IMG/VR virus record: IMGVR_UViG_3300022752_000019
Span: 100,604 to 164,603 of that record
Source of the DNA: a virus
Length of the DNA stretch: 64,000 bases
Reading direction: 5' to 3' (one strand)
This document shows, in pieces, positions 30,708 to 39,475 of the stretch. Every line of letters starts with the position of its first letter. Position 1 is the stretch's first letter. The notes under the pieces were generated by a model, which had not been told where the DNA came from, did not search any database, and was given only the letters and a program-made list of their open reading frames with translations. Made by a program: the position numbers and the translations under genes.

Positions 30708-31214
30708 TCACTTCTGCCAGTCGAGAGATGCTTCGTCAGTTGAGATGGGACCGCCGGAAGCCCAAGTGTAGCAAGTTCTTGCCGAGTGGCACTTGAACGA
30801 GTGCATGTGGCAGTATCCGAGGTAGCCGTCTTCTTGCACCATGCCTGGCATGCAGTCTTGCATTCTTGGCGAAATGTCAAAGGCAACGCAGTTGGCGCAC
30901 TTCGACCTCTTGGCGACAGCGGGAGTGGTCTTCCAGTGCTTTGCCAGCCGCTCCCAGTAGCTTTCGTCGGAAAGGTTCAGCGGTCCGTACTGAATGTGCT
31001 CGGCCTGAATTGCCTTGTTGCGGTTCTGCGTATTGATCTTGAGATCCTCAGTCGCCGTTGGGCAGGCAGCAGCCTGCTTCGATCCACCAAGCGGGTATCC
31101 GCAGTTAGAGCACCTCTCGGCACCAGCGTGATTCATGTGTCCGCACTTGGGGCACTTGATCTGTGCGGCAGAGAGTTTGACCAGCTCGAGCATGAAGCCA
31201 GTGAGTAGTCTCAT
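30708..31214 (-). CDS. Modular protein: Zn-ribbon + Cys-rich module
   Basis: Leader GFMLELVKLSA; CPKCG..CSNCG; KQAA; CANC..C..C. Confidence 0.75.
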   Translation of the reverse strand: MRLLTGFMLELVKLSAAQIKCPKCGHMNHAGAERCSNCGYPLGGSKQAAACPTATEDLKINTQNRNKAIQAEHIQYGPLNLSDESYWERLAKHWKTTPAVAKRSKCANCVAFDISPRMQDCMPGMVQEDGYLGYCHMHSFKCHSARTCYTWASGGPISTDEASLDWQK

Positions 31215-32482
31215 GATGGATCCGTAAACTTGGTGCGGTTGGTCTTGCGGCTAACTGCGCGCAAGTTGGAGTGCCCGTTTCCGCCTCCCTTGGAAAGAGG
31301 CGTCTTGTGATCGACTTCGCGAGGATCACCCTTCTTTAGCCCAAGCTTTCGGCGCGCTTGGTTTCGAAGACTTCGGTTCTCCACCTGCTCAGGCTTGGCA
31401 TGGTACTGCTCGTACTCGCGCTTGTAGTCGCGTGGAGCCCGCGCGAGCTTTAGCCGCTCCCCGGGAGGGCGCATGTTTGGGCCGAGCACGGTCTTGACCG
31501 CGTGCTTGTCGCCGACGTCTCCGATTACGGCGTAGCCTCTCCCACGAGAAAGAGGGACGTGGTAGGTCTGTCCCTTGCGCAGTTGCATCTGTCGAAGCTT
31601 GGCACGGAGAGTGTTGACCTCTGCCTCCGCTCCCGGCGCACGCTCTGCGATGCGGTCCTCTACGTGTCCGCTCTCTTTCTTCATCGCGTCACTTGTGTAG
31701 ACGACGCCGATGTCTTTGTAGAAGGAGTCTTTCGGGAGCGTCTTCTTCAACTGCCGAAGTTTGCGCTTTCCAAAGCGATCTGTGGCCTGCTGGTAACTGG
31801 CGTCGATCTTGTCGTACGCGTACCTCGGGAGCGCCACAATTGTCGAAGGGCGGCCATCAATGGTCTCCGAATCACGCCAGTATACGCCAGGGACATCGGC
31901 GTACTCCTGGAAGCCCGAGAGATCTTTGACCTCCTCGAGCGGAACCATGTAGTCGATGTCGCTTGTCTTCTTGGGGATCGACAGGCGCCCACTTCCAACG
32001 ATGGTCCACGTTCCGCTATGCGGCTTGCCGTCGATGACTGGATTGGGGAGTGTGTCCTTGAACGACGCTGCTGCCGTCTTGCTCATCTGCCGGTACTGCT
32101 TGATGTGCTTGCAGTCCTGCTCTTCCCCTGGCTGCGCTACTGACCTCTTGTACCGCCAGTCGTTGCAGGTACAGCCCAGCCGCTCCGACCCGCGCAGCTT
32201 TGTGATCTCGTACGACTTGCCGGCCTCGCCTGGAACCGTACCGACCTTCGTGCCTGTCTTTAGCCGATTCATGTTGTCGGCGTACTGAAGCAGCTTGGGG
32301 TCCGTCATCGGATCCTTACCAAGCTGCTGCACAAACGACTTGCGGGCTGTATTGGCTGTAAACGAGTCCCAGTCCTTCTTCTCCGAGGACTGGAACCGCT
32401 GAACGCGCCGCTCGGCCTTGGCCTTCTCCCGGCTTTGCGCTCCCGCTTCTTTGCTGAAGTCAACATAGAACGGGAGCGGCAT
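31211..32482 (-). CDS. Modular protein: SWIM finger + nucleotidyltransferase + unknown + HNH
   Basis: CTCNDW..CKHI; IVGSG..SDIDY; HVEDRIAER; EVDHKTPLSKGG.N..SNL..SRKTNR. Confidence 0.8.
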   Translation of the reverse strand: MPLPFYVDFSKEAGAQSREKAKAERRVQRFQSSEKKDWDSFTANTARKSFVQQLGKDPMTDPKLLQYADNMNRLKTGTKVGTVPGEAGKSYEITKLRGSERLGCTCNDWRYKRSVAQPGEEQDCKHIKQYRQMSKTAAASFKDTLPNPVIDGKPHSGTWTIVGSGRLSIPKKTSDIDYMVPLEEVKDLSGFQEYADVPGVYWRDSETIDGRPSTIVALPRYAYDKIDASYQQATDRFGKRKLRQLKKTLPKDSFYKDIGVVYTSDAMKKESGHVEDRIAERAPGAEAEVNTLRAKLRQMQLRKGQTYHVPLSRGRGYAVIGDVGDKHAVKTVLGPNMRPPGERLKLARAPRDYKREYEQYHAKPEQVENRSLRNQARRKLGLKKGDPREVDHKTPLSKGGGNGHSNLRAVSRKTNRTKFTDPS

Positions 32483-32490
32483 TGATCTCT

Positions 32491-33132
32491 CTACGCGGTG
32501 ATGAACGCTCGGAACCGTGACTCGAGAGAAGATCCTGAAAGAATGTCCTTCAGGATGTTCTGAAGAGGGTAGATGGTGAGGCCCTTCTTCTCTCGCGCAG
32601 TTCGAGCGTCGTAGTTCCTGCTCATCATAACCGTACGAGGGTCGGTCGGGCTATACTTCGCGTAGATGTCTGCGTTGCTTCCGATCTTGCGCCACCACCA
32701 GGCGAGCGTCTCAGCAGCCTGATCGATGGTACTGCGGTAGAAGATCGAGTCTCCGATCTGATCCAGGCGATGCGCGACGCCGCAGTGCGGGCAGACGACG
32801 ATTCCGGTGTCTTGGGCGAGGTCTCCTGGGATGAGGCCGTCACACCCACGCTCGCTTGCCGAAGGAGCCAGCGTCCGCTCAAACGGGCTGAGCTTCTTTT
32901 CCGAGGCATGGCGCCGACAGATGAACAACATCTCGTCGCCTCCGCCGTGAAGACGCTTGCCCGACTCCCAGAAGGACAGCGAGTACGCGACCGGCTTCGT
33001 CAAGGAGCGGTCAGACCTGAACCACATCTGGATCTTGAACTTGGACTTCTTTGCTGCCTCCTCGGCTGCCTTGATGTTCTCCGATTCAATCTTTGCCGCG
33101 ATTTCGGTGCTGATCTTTTGCAGATTCATCAT
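32491..33132 (-). CDS. Hypothetical protein with Zn-binding motifs
   Basis: 213 aa, CPHCG. Confidence 0.7.
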   Translation of the reverse strand: MMNLQKISTEIAAKIESENIKAAEEAAKKSKFKIQMWFRSDRSLTKPVAYSLSFWESGKRLHGGGDEMLFICRRHASEKKLSPFERTLAPSASERGCDGLIPGDLAQDTGIVVCPHCGVAHRLDQIGDSIFYRSTIDQAAETLAWWWRKIGSNADIYAKYSPTDPRTVMMSRNYDARTAREKKGLTIYPLQNILKDILSGSSLESRFRAFITA

Positions 33133-33671
33133 AGGGACGCTCCACTTGCAATGCTGACGTAGACCCCGAGACCCTTATCTCCAGGCTTCTTGGTTACCTC
33201 CTGCCCCGGCATGTCGCGCGCTCCGCGCAAAAAGGGCAGCCGGACCCTCTTCACAATGCGAAGGCCGTCCTCGGTCTGCACCGTGCGCTCGGACAGGATT
33301 GGAGAATCGGGCAGTCTCTCCTGGATGACCGAGATCTTCGGCGTCGTGGGAGCACTGGGCAGCGGAGCAGGGGACGGCCGCTTGTTGGGGTCACAGAGCA
33401 TCGGCCCGATGTCCTCTGCGATAGTCTCCAGCGGTCCGGTAAAGATCATTGTCCAGACGAACGCGGGCTGGCCTTCTCGTAGGAAGTACTCCTTCCTTAC
33501 GGAGACCACATACTCCTCATCTTCGACGAAGCGAAGAATGTCGACGAGGGCACTGCCCCATGCGACGTTGTCCGTGACACGAAAGTAGGCCTTGTACTGG
33601 GAGTTGACGTCGTCTCTCTGTTCAGAGACCAGCTCGATATAGCTCGAGCGTTTGAAGTACGACTTCAGCAT
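33129..33671 (-). CDS. Hypothetical protein
   Basis: Coupled ORF. Confidence 0.7.
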   Translation of the reverse strand: MLKSYFKRSSYIELVSEQRDDVNSQYKAYFRVTDNVAWGSALVDILRFVEDEEYVVSVRKEYFLREGQPAFVWTMIFTGPLETIAEDIGPMLCDPNKRPSPAPLPSAPTTPKISVIQERLPDSPILSERTVQTEDGLRIVKRVRLPFLRGARDMPGQEVTKKPGDKGLGVYVSIASGASL

Positions 33672-33672
33672 C

Positions 33673-34020
33673 TCACCATCCTGTTAGTGCGCCATTGATC
33701 AGCTTGTAAAGGTCGTCCAGAACGGAGCGGCCCTCATCGTCGTTGGCAGTCTTTTCGGCAGGGACTTCCTGCCACACCAGGTGCTTGCACGGCTCGCCGC
33801 CGGCAAGCTCGTCCATAGACAGGCCTTCCGGCTCCCCGCCTTCACGCGGGTAGGCGCAGCAGATGTTCTCCTGACAGATCTGCGGCTGACACGACCCGTG
33901 TCGCTCGGCGCCGATGAAGTGGTACGTGCAGCCCGGCGGGATGAAGTCGTGCACCCTTGGGTAGTCTTGGCAGAACTGGGGGCGAGTCGAGTAGATTCCG
34001 CAGCGTCCGATGCAGGCCAT
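33673..34020 (-). CDS. YkgJ-like cysteine-cluster protein
   Basis: CGIYSTRPQFCQDYP motif. Confidence 0.65.
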   Translation of the reverse strand: MACIGRCGIYSTRPQFCQDYPRVHDFIPPGCTYHFIGAERHGSCQPQICQENICCAYPREGGEPEGLSMDELAGGEPCKHLVWQEVPAEKTANDDEGRSVLDDLYKLINGALTGW

Positions 34021-34021
34021 G

Positions 34022-34549
34022 TCAGGTCTCCTTGATTTGGAAGGCGATTGCCCTCTCAAAGTCTCGGATCATTGTACTTCTTGAGCTGCTGCACAGGAAC
34101 ACAACGTCTCGAGGAGTCTCTGGATCGACATACACAGGTACGCCGAAGGCAGCGCCTACGTTGACACGCGGAACCCACTCTTCAAGGAGGTCAGGTGTCG
34201 AGGTGACTACGCCCGACACAAGAAATCCCCCAGCCCGCGCAGACTCCATCATTCGACAGAGGGTGACAACGCCCTCATCGCGGCCATCAAGGATGTCCAA
34301 CTCGCAGTGCTGTCGAATGACCTGGTAGGGCGTAAGGAGGCCGCTGTCGAGATCAACGGCATCGTCACTTTCCGCGACAAGTCGAGGAGTCTCTACCAGC
34401 AGGTCTTCGCCCTTCTGGTAGAGAATGCGGGTCGGCTTGTCTTTTGCAGCGAAAAGAGTCTCGATTGTGCTGAGAAGCACTTGTACTGTTGGGCGAGGAA
34501 GCGGGACCGCTTCGCTGGTGATCACCTTACGCCGAGGCTTGAGTTCCAC
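34022..34549 (-). CDS. Hypothetical protein
   Basis: 175-aa ORF in the operon. Confidence 0.65.
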   Translation of the reverse strand: MELKPRRKVITSEAVPLPRPTVQVLLSTIETLFAAKDKPTRILYQKGEDLLVETPRLVAESDDAVDLDSGLLTPYQVIRQHCELDILDGRDEGVVTLCRMMESARAGGFLVSGVVTSTPDLLEEWVPRVNVGAAFGVPVYVDPETPRDVVFLCSSSRSTMIRDFERAIAFQIKET

Positions 34550-34697
34550 TTTGGGCCTCCCTCTTCTTCAGCCACTCGATGAAGTCGCGCACCATTTGAC
34601 TGATCGAGAGGTCATGGACCTCGGCGTAGGTGCGAAGAAACGCGAGCTGCTCGTCAGTTACCCGGACTTGCAGCCTTTTTTCCTTGGAGACGGGCAT
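34527..34697 (-). CDS. Ribbon-helix-helix DNA-binding protein (56 aa, absent from the ORF track)
   Basis: MPVSKEKRLQVRVTDEQLAFLRTYAEVHDLSISQMVRDFIEW has the alternating beta strand plus two helices with L-S-x-S. Confidence 0.7.
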   Translation of the reverse strand: MPVSKEKRLQVRVTDEQLAFLRTYAEVHDLSISQMVRDFIEWLKKREAQSGTQASA

Positions 34698-34699
34698 GC

Positions 34700-35041
34700 C
34701 TACACCCGGTATTCGCCGTTGATACCGATGACGCCGGAACCTTCGACGACTGCGAGCACATCCTTCAGGTTCAGAAGGAAAAACTCGCAGTCTCGATCGC
34801 TGCCAAGCAGATGACCGACCTGATTCGCAAAGCGCAGGAAGCCTCGGTAGATGACCTTGTCACCGACCTCGACGCCAGACGGACCGACGTGTGGGGCGGT
34901 GAATGCCACGATCTCTGCCACACCTTCAGACTTGACGTTCTTGTCAATGTCCGTCGGCAAGTAGATTCCGGAGATGGTCGTCGTCGAATGAGGCGCCGTC
35001 TTACACAACGCCCAGCCTGGCATGGGAATCAGCGTCGTCAT
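34700..35041 (-). CDS. groES: Co-chaperonin GroES-like
   Basis: LIPMPGWAL..TTISGIYLP..VEVGDKVIY..LKDVLAVV. Confidence 0.75.
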   Translation of the reverse strand: MTTLIPMPGWALCKTAPHSTTTISGIYLPTDIDKNVKSEGVAEIVAFTAPHVGPSGVEVGDKVIYRGFLRFANQVGHLLGSDRDCEFFLLNLKDVLAVVEGSGVIGINGEYRV

Positions 35042-35042
35042 C

Positions 35043-35426
35043 TCACACCTGCGCAAACTGAGGAACGTCCGCGTCGGCACTCGGAACGTGAGAAGGGGTA
35101 GCCTTGGCGACGGCATTACCTCCTTCAGGAGGGGCCGTTACCCCCTTCGGTCGCCCGTTGCTGTCGAACTGCTTGTCCGCGGGAACTGCCGCAAGCTGCT
35201 CAAGGAGCCACTCGGGGGCACGCTTACGACGTGCATTGTCGAACAGGCCGTCCATCGTGTCGGCCCAGTAGACATCGGGCCCACACTTCCAGACGACGAT
35301 CGCGCGGACCTCGCCCGACTTGTCCACGACCTGCGCCTGCATCATGCTGACGTCAGCGGTCGCGATCACCTGACGGCGGACTGTCGGGTGATACTGCGTC
35401 TTCTTGATTCCGTTTGGCGTGCTCAT
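35043..35426 (-). CDS. Hypothetical protein
   Basis: ATG at 35426 with RBS GAGGA. Confidence 0.6.
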   Translation of the reverse strand: MSTPNGIKKTQYHPTVRRQVIATADVSMMQAQVVDKSGEVRAIVVWKCGPDVYWADTMDGLFDNARRKRAPEWLLEQLAAVPADKQFDSNGRPKGVTAPPEGGNAVAKATPSHVPSADADVPQFAQV

Positions 35427-35679
35427 TTGTGTTCCTCGAAGGTACGAGTTTGGAGATTCCGGGAACGATGACTGCCGGCAGCCGGCAGCCGCAAGTGTAG
35501 ACAGGGGTCTCGGTCTCAAAGTCGATGACGATACGAATTTGCTGCGTACAAACCGGACAGATGTCTCGGTCGATACCGCGCAGCTCAGGCAGGTCCAAGA
35601 TCATCACGCCGCTCTTCTTTAGAGCGTTCATGATGCAGTCGAGCTTGAACTCGATTCGAACCAGCGAGTCTTTACTCAT
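35353..35679 (-). CDS. Zn-ribbon hypothetical protein
   Basis: CPVC...CGC. Confidence 0.55.
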   Translation of the reverse strand: MSKDSLVRIEFKLDCIMNALKKSGVMILDLPELRGIDRDICPVCTQQIRIVIDFETETPVYTCGCRLPAVIVPGISKLVPSRNTNEHAKRNQEDAVSPDSPPSGDRDR

Positions 35680-36029
35680 AGGTCATCGTCGTCGAGATCG
35701 ATGGCGGAGGGGGAGCCCAACTTGAAAGGGTTCTTGATCCGGACGACGTCATCCTCGTCGTCCTTTTGAGGCCCACTCTGCTTCTGGCCTTCGTACATTG
35801 CTCGGAGGCTAACTGCGCGCGCAGGCGTCAGCGTCGCAGGATCGACGTCCTCCTCTTCTTCTTTCGAAGGCTCCTCGTCTCCCTCTCCCAGTTGCTCAAG
35901 GAGAATGGCGGCCTGCTCTTCCGTGACCGGAAAGCGGAACTCGCCTTTCGGGCCGTGCGCAAGGACAAACAGCCCTCTCTGCTCTCCCGAGAAGGGATGG
36001 ATGTCCATCAAACCAAGTAGTGCGATCAT
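35676..36029 (-). CDS. Hypothetical protein
   Basis: ATG at 36029 (MIALLGLMD) with GGAG RBS. Confidence 0.6.
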   Translation of the reverse strand: MIALLGLMDIHPFSGEQRGLFVLAHGPKGEFRFPVTEEQAAILLEQLGEGDEEPSKEEEEDVDPATLTPARAVSLRAMYEGQKQSGPQKDDEDDVVRIKNPFKLGSPSAIDLDDDDL

Positions 36030-36391
36030 TGCTTTCTCCGTGCGGTCTTGAGCTTCGGCCCCTTGCCAGTGCCGATGCCCTTCTCTGCTGGTTTGAACTT
36101 GACGTGCTGCATCTGCTTGAGACTCTCCAGCCGCTCGTGCATGGACTTCTTCTCTCGATCCACGGTCGCCTTGTTGACAAGGTTTTGGTATTCCTTGAAG
36201 GCTTCCGTTGCCGATTCCCCGCCGAGGGCTGCTTGGGCAACTGCTCGGGTCTCTGCGACTCGCATGGAGGTTCGAGACTTCCAAACGATTAGGTGCATGG
36301 CCTCGTGAAGAGTCCCGAACTTGGGCATCGGACCCTTGTCATAGATGACATTGGCGCGTGCCCAGCCGACGGGAGAGTTCAGCCATTTCCC
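36026..36391 (-). CDS. Tail assembly chaperone, C-terminal (-1 frame) part
   Basis: Frame entered by a -1 slip at GGGAAAT: GKWLNSPVGWARA... Confidence 0.6.
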   Translation of the reverse strand, partial: GKWLNSPVGWARANVIYDKGPMPKFGTLHEAMHLIVWKSRTSMRVAETRAVAQAALGGESATEAFKEYQNLVNKATVDREKKSMHERLESLKQMQHVKFKPAEKGIGTGKGPKLKTARRKQ

Positions 36392-37125
36392 AGCACCTCC
36401 ATTGTGAGGCCCTTGGTCACGCGCTCGAGGAACCACACGAGATTCTGGGTGACCAGCTGGAAGATGGGAGAGGACAGCTTGCGCACATGGCCCAGTCGCT
36501 TGTCGAGCGCCGCCTCGTTGATGTCCCCGTTCACAATCGTTGCGGGCCAGCGATGTCCATTGACCGCAACGATGTGGAACGCGAGTGCCCACTCGTTTGA
36601 AGTCCGCAGGAACACGCGCGCCGTCGTCTCCTTGTTCTTGGAGAGCTGTGCATCCACAAACGCCTCTTCCTGGTCCGTGACGGACCGGAAGGTGACCTCG
36701 AGCTTGCCCGGAATGATCGGCACCGTCTGAGAGACCTCGCCGTTCACGAGGTACTGGCCAATGTCGATCGGTTCACGGATGCGCGCCTCGACCGCGCGAC
36801 GAATCTTCTCGGCCTCGTCCACCGGACCCGCATCTTTCTCAGGAGATGCGGCAACCACCTCTTCCTCATCTTCCTGACTCGGAGAGGGAGGAGGAGGCGC
36901 GTGCGCGATGGCTGCCAGTCCGGCAGTGGTCTGCGACGAAAGCTGAGTCTTCTGGGGCTTCTTGCTTTCCCAGGACCGCTGGGTGTCCTCAAAGCTCGGA
37001 GTGTTGGTCAGATCTCCGGGGCGATCCGGCACCTGCGATGCCTTTGCCCGCGCGATGACCTCGGCGTACTTGGACTCCTTGCCAGGAGGAGCATCGTGAA
37101 AAGAGACGGAACCCTTGTTTGTCAT
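36379..37125 (-). CDS. Tail assembly chaperone (putative)
   Basis: GEVSQTVPIIPGKLEVTFRSVT..LAFHIVAVNG; ends LGNG at a slippery site. Confidence 0.65.
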   Translation of the reverse strand: MTNKGSVSFHDAPPGKESKYAEVIARAKASQVPDRPGDLTNTPSFEDTQRSWESKKPQKTQLSSQTTAGLAAIAHAPPPPSPSQEDEEEVVAASPEKDAGPVDEAEKIRRAVEARIREPIDIGQYLVNGEVSQTVPIIPGKLEVTFRSVTDQEEAFVDAQLSKNKETTARVFLRTSNEWALAFHIVAVNGHRWPATIVNGDINEAALDKRLGHVRKLSSPIFQLVTQNLVWFLERVTKGLTMEVLGNG

Positions 37126-37556
37126 TTGTTTTCCTCTTCCAGTAGTGCCGCATAGCTGCGGCTTTTTGCTCTTGATTTTGGCGAGTGCGTCTCTACGTCA
37201 GTCGGAGCTACGTCGGGGCCGCGGTAGTAAGAACCACCACTTCCTTGCGCGTGCTGGGTGGCGTCTCCCTGCATCCACACAGGAGAGCGAGCGACCCCGT
37301 AGGACCGAGTGCCGCACTTCACGCATTGATGGATCTTCTCGCCGCTGAGCGGAGTCCGCACAGTGAACTCGGTGCTGCCGCACTTGCAGACACGCTGAGT
37401 CTTCCGGCGTGGCTTGACGCCGCCGATCGCCTCAATGATCTCGTCTGCCGCAGAGCGCATGCTCTGGGCAACCGGCTTGGCGGTCTGCTCTTCTTTGTGG
37501 AAGTCTTCGAGGCGCTCCTTCTTCAGGAACTCCTCAAACGGGTCGTCTTCTTGCAT
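37122..37556 (-). CDS. Zn-ribbon protein
   Basis: CKCG...CVKCG. Confidence 0.65.
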   Translation of the reverse strand: MQEDDPFEEFLKKERLEDFHKEEQTAKPVAQSMRSAADEIIEAIGGVKPRRKTQRVCKCGSTEFTVRTPLSGEKIHQCVKCGTRSYGVARSPVWMQGDATQHAQGSGGSYYRGPDVAPTDVETHSPKSRAKSRSYAALLEEENK

Positions 37557-37587
37557 GACCCGTTTGTACTCACAGTTGTACTCACAG

Positions 37588-38259
37588 TCAAGGAAGTTTT
37601 AGCACAACAGTCTCATTCATCTGAGCAAAGGCCGCAGGAAGTCCGCTTCCAGAGAGGATTTCTCTGCTCTCCTCTGTTCCGAAAATGTGTAGAACGACTT
37701 CCTTGATGTTGGCGGCGGTTCTTAGGATGCGGATCTCGATAAGGTTCGGACCGTCGGTGTTGGTGTAGTCAACCGTTACATCTTTGGTCAGGCTAACTGC
37801 GGTCGGGGTCAGGTTGATCCCCGCTCCTCGCGGCGTCTCAATGTCAGAGTAGCAGAGCTCTGCCCTGATGATGACTTCCAAGGAAGCGGACGATCCGAGG
37901 ACTGACTGTGCCCACGTACGCCCTTGGGGCGCGCTTCGGCCCTTCGACGTTGCGCGCACAAACTCATCCTCTCTCTCGTAGTACGGCCAGAATGTGATCT
38001 TCCGCCTGCCGCGCGCAGTTCGGTACATCGTCTTGAACGGATTGGTAGAAGCACTCTTCCACCAGTCCGTGACCTTTCGCACCCCGTCCAACAGCGCGAC
38101 CATCTCTGTCACTGCACCGCTCTGTTCCGGTGCCGGCTTTCCGAGTCGCGCCTCTCGCGTCACCTTGGCCTTTACAGCCAAAACTTCCGGCACGCCGTTG
38201 AAGGTTGACTCTACGACCTGTGCGACTTCTTGTCCGGGCTCAACGAGGATGCTGCTCAC
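37588..38259 (-). CDS. Hypothetical protein
   Basis: 223-aa ORF. Confidence 0.65.
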   Translation of the reverse strand: MSSILVEPGQEVAQVVESTFNGVPEVLAVKAKVTREARLGKPAPEQSGAVTEMVALLDGVRKVTDWWKSASTNPFKTMYRTARGRRKITFWPYYEREDEFVRATSKGRSAPQGRTWAQSVLGSSASLEVIIRAELCYSDIETPRGAGINLTPTAVSLTKDVTVDYTNTDGPNLIEIRILRTAANIKEVVLHIFGTEESREILSGSGLPAAFAQMNETVVLKLP

Positions 38260-38498
38260 TTCTGTCTCCTGACAAACGAGCGGAGTAGTTCGACAAGTCC
38301 CAGAGGGTCGTCGGCAAAGTCAGCCGGCTGCACCGCACGAACAATCTCGTTTGGGCCTATCCTATAGTCCATTCCGACCTTCTTCCACCCGTTCGGGCCC
38401 CTGATCTCGGCTCCTCTCCTTGCAAAAGTGTCTACTTTGCCGAGCCTACGCGCATAGGCGGCGACAGTCTCTCCCGGAATCGCTACTTTTTTCACCAT
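38256..38498 (-). CDS. Hypothetical protein
   Basis: ATG at 38498; coupled to the next gene. Confidence 0.5.
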   Translation of the reverse strand: MVKKVAIPGETVAAYARRLGKVDTFARRGAEIRGPNGWKKVGMDYRIGPNEIVRAVQPADFADDPLGLVELLRSFVRRQK

Positions 38499-38574
38499 GC
38501 CTACTTGCACCTTCGAGAAACCTTCATATACTGTTTTTGCCCGCCAAGTAGCGTGCGCACAAAAGGAGAATAAC

Positions 38575-38895
38575 ATGGCCCGTGGACGCGTTGGCTCACT
38601 GAGCCTCAAGACCTACTTCCCCGACACCGGGGACCAGATGGAAGACCCCAAGGGGGGCGTGGTGTGGAGCTGCGTTCGCAGCAACACCTTCACCGACTCC
38701 TCCGGCGAGAAGATCCTCTACGGCCTTCTGATGGGCAAGACCAGCGATGATGAGGTCGTGTACGAGCCGATCTCGTCTCTCGACAAGAAGTGGCTGCACG
38801 GCGTTCAGACCATTCGCCGCGAGATCGTCGAGGGGGCGTGGCGCGTCTACAACTGGTCCGATGAGACCGGCACCTGGCGTCAGGTGCGCGAGTAA
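38575..38895 (+). CDS. Hypothetical protein
   Basis: RBS AAGGAG; strong codon bias. Confidence 0.7.
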   Translation: MARGRVGSLSLKTYFPDTGDQMEDPKGGVVWSCVRSNTFTDSSGEKILYGLLMGKTSDDEVVYEPISSLDKKWLHGVQTIRREIVEGAWRVYNWSDETGTWRQVRE

Positions 38896-39042
38896 CTCTC
38901 TTGGGTGAGATCCCGTGCCTGCTCCTCAAACAACGAATGCAATGAGCGTTCGGTCATAAGAGGGAATAGGCAGCAGCCGTAGCCATCGTCCTATCACTGG
39001 AGAGGACCATGTGGGATCTCACCACACTCGAGAGACTCAACG

Positions 39043-39267
39043 ATGAACGAGTTCAGTACCTCAAAAATGTCCGAGAAACTCGGCATAAGAATACTGCCGA
39101 AGGTCTTAGTCGCAGAACCGAACTACGTACTGATCGCGCTGAAGTGGCAACATCAGCACGACATGACCGGAAGCAATGAAGCCTTGCTCGCTGCAAGGCA
39201 CTTCGCGAAAGTAGCAACCGAGTTGGGCCAGGCCGAACTACTGGATGACCCAACTCTTGAACTCTGA
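39043..39267 (+). CDS. Hypothetical protein
   Basis: ORF downstream of a promoter motif. Confidence 0.55.
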   Translation: MNEFSTSKMSEKLGIRILPKVLVAEPNYVLIALKWQHQHDMTGSNEALLAARHFAKVATELGQAELLDDPTLEL

Positions 39268-39277
39268 TGGAGAACTC

Positions 39278-39475
39278 ATGGACACGACACTCAAGGCAGT
39301 CGAAGATGTCATCGCGCGGCTGACGGCCGAGTTTGGCCTCGTCAGGTCAGGTGAGCGCGGCTACAAGGCCGCGCACAAGCGGATGCGGAAGGCGAGCAAC
39401 GAGCTGACGCACCTGCTCGTCGCGCTTCGAAAGGAGAGCCTTACAATCTCAGCGGGCGAGGTGGCCGATGAGTAA
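39278..39475 (+). CDS. Histone H1-like (Hc1-type) small protein
   Basis: GYKAAHKRMRKASNELTHLLVALRKES resembles the Hc1 pattern G.KAA..RARK.S.EL. Confidence 0.55.
   Translation: MDTTLKAVEDVIARLTAEFGLVRSGERGYKAAHKRMRKASNELTHLLVALRKESLTISAGEVADE

Noticed and set aside
29606-30886. 426-aa version of this ORF
   Set aside because: The extension overlaps the neighbouring gene; ATG 30700 fits the operon and the leader pattern.
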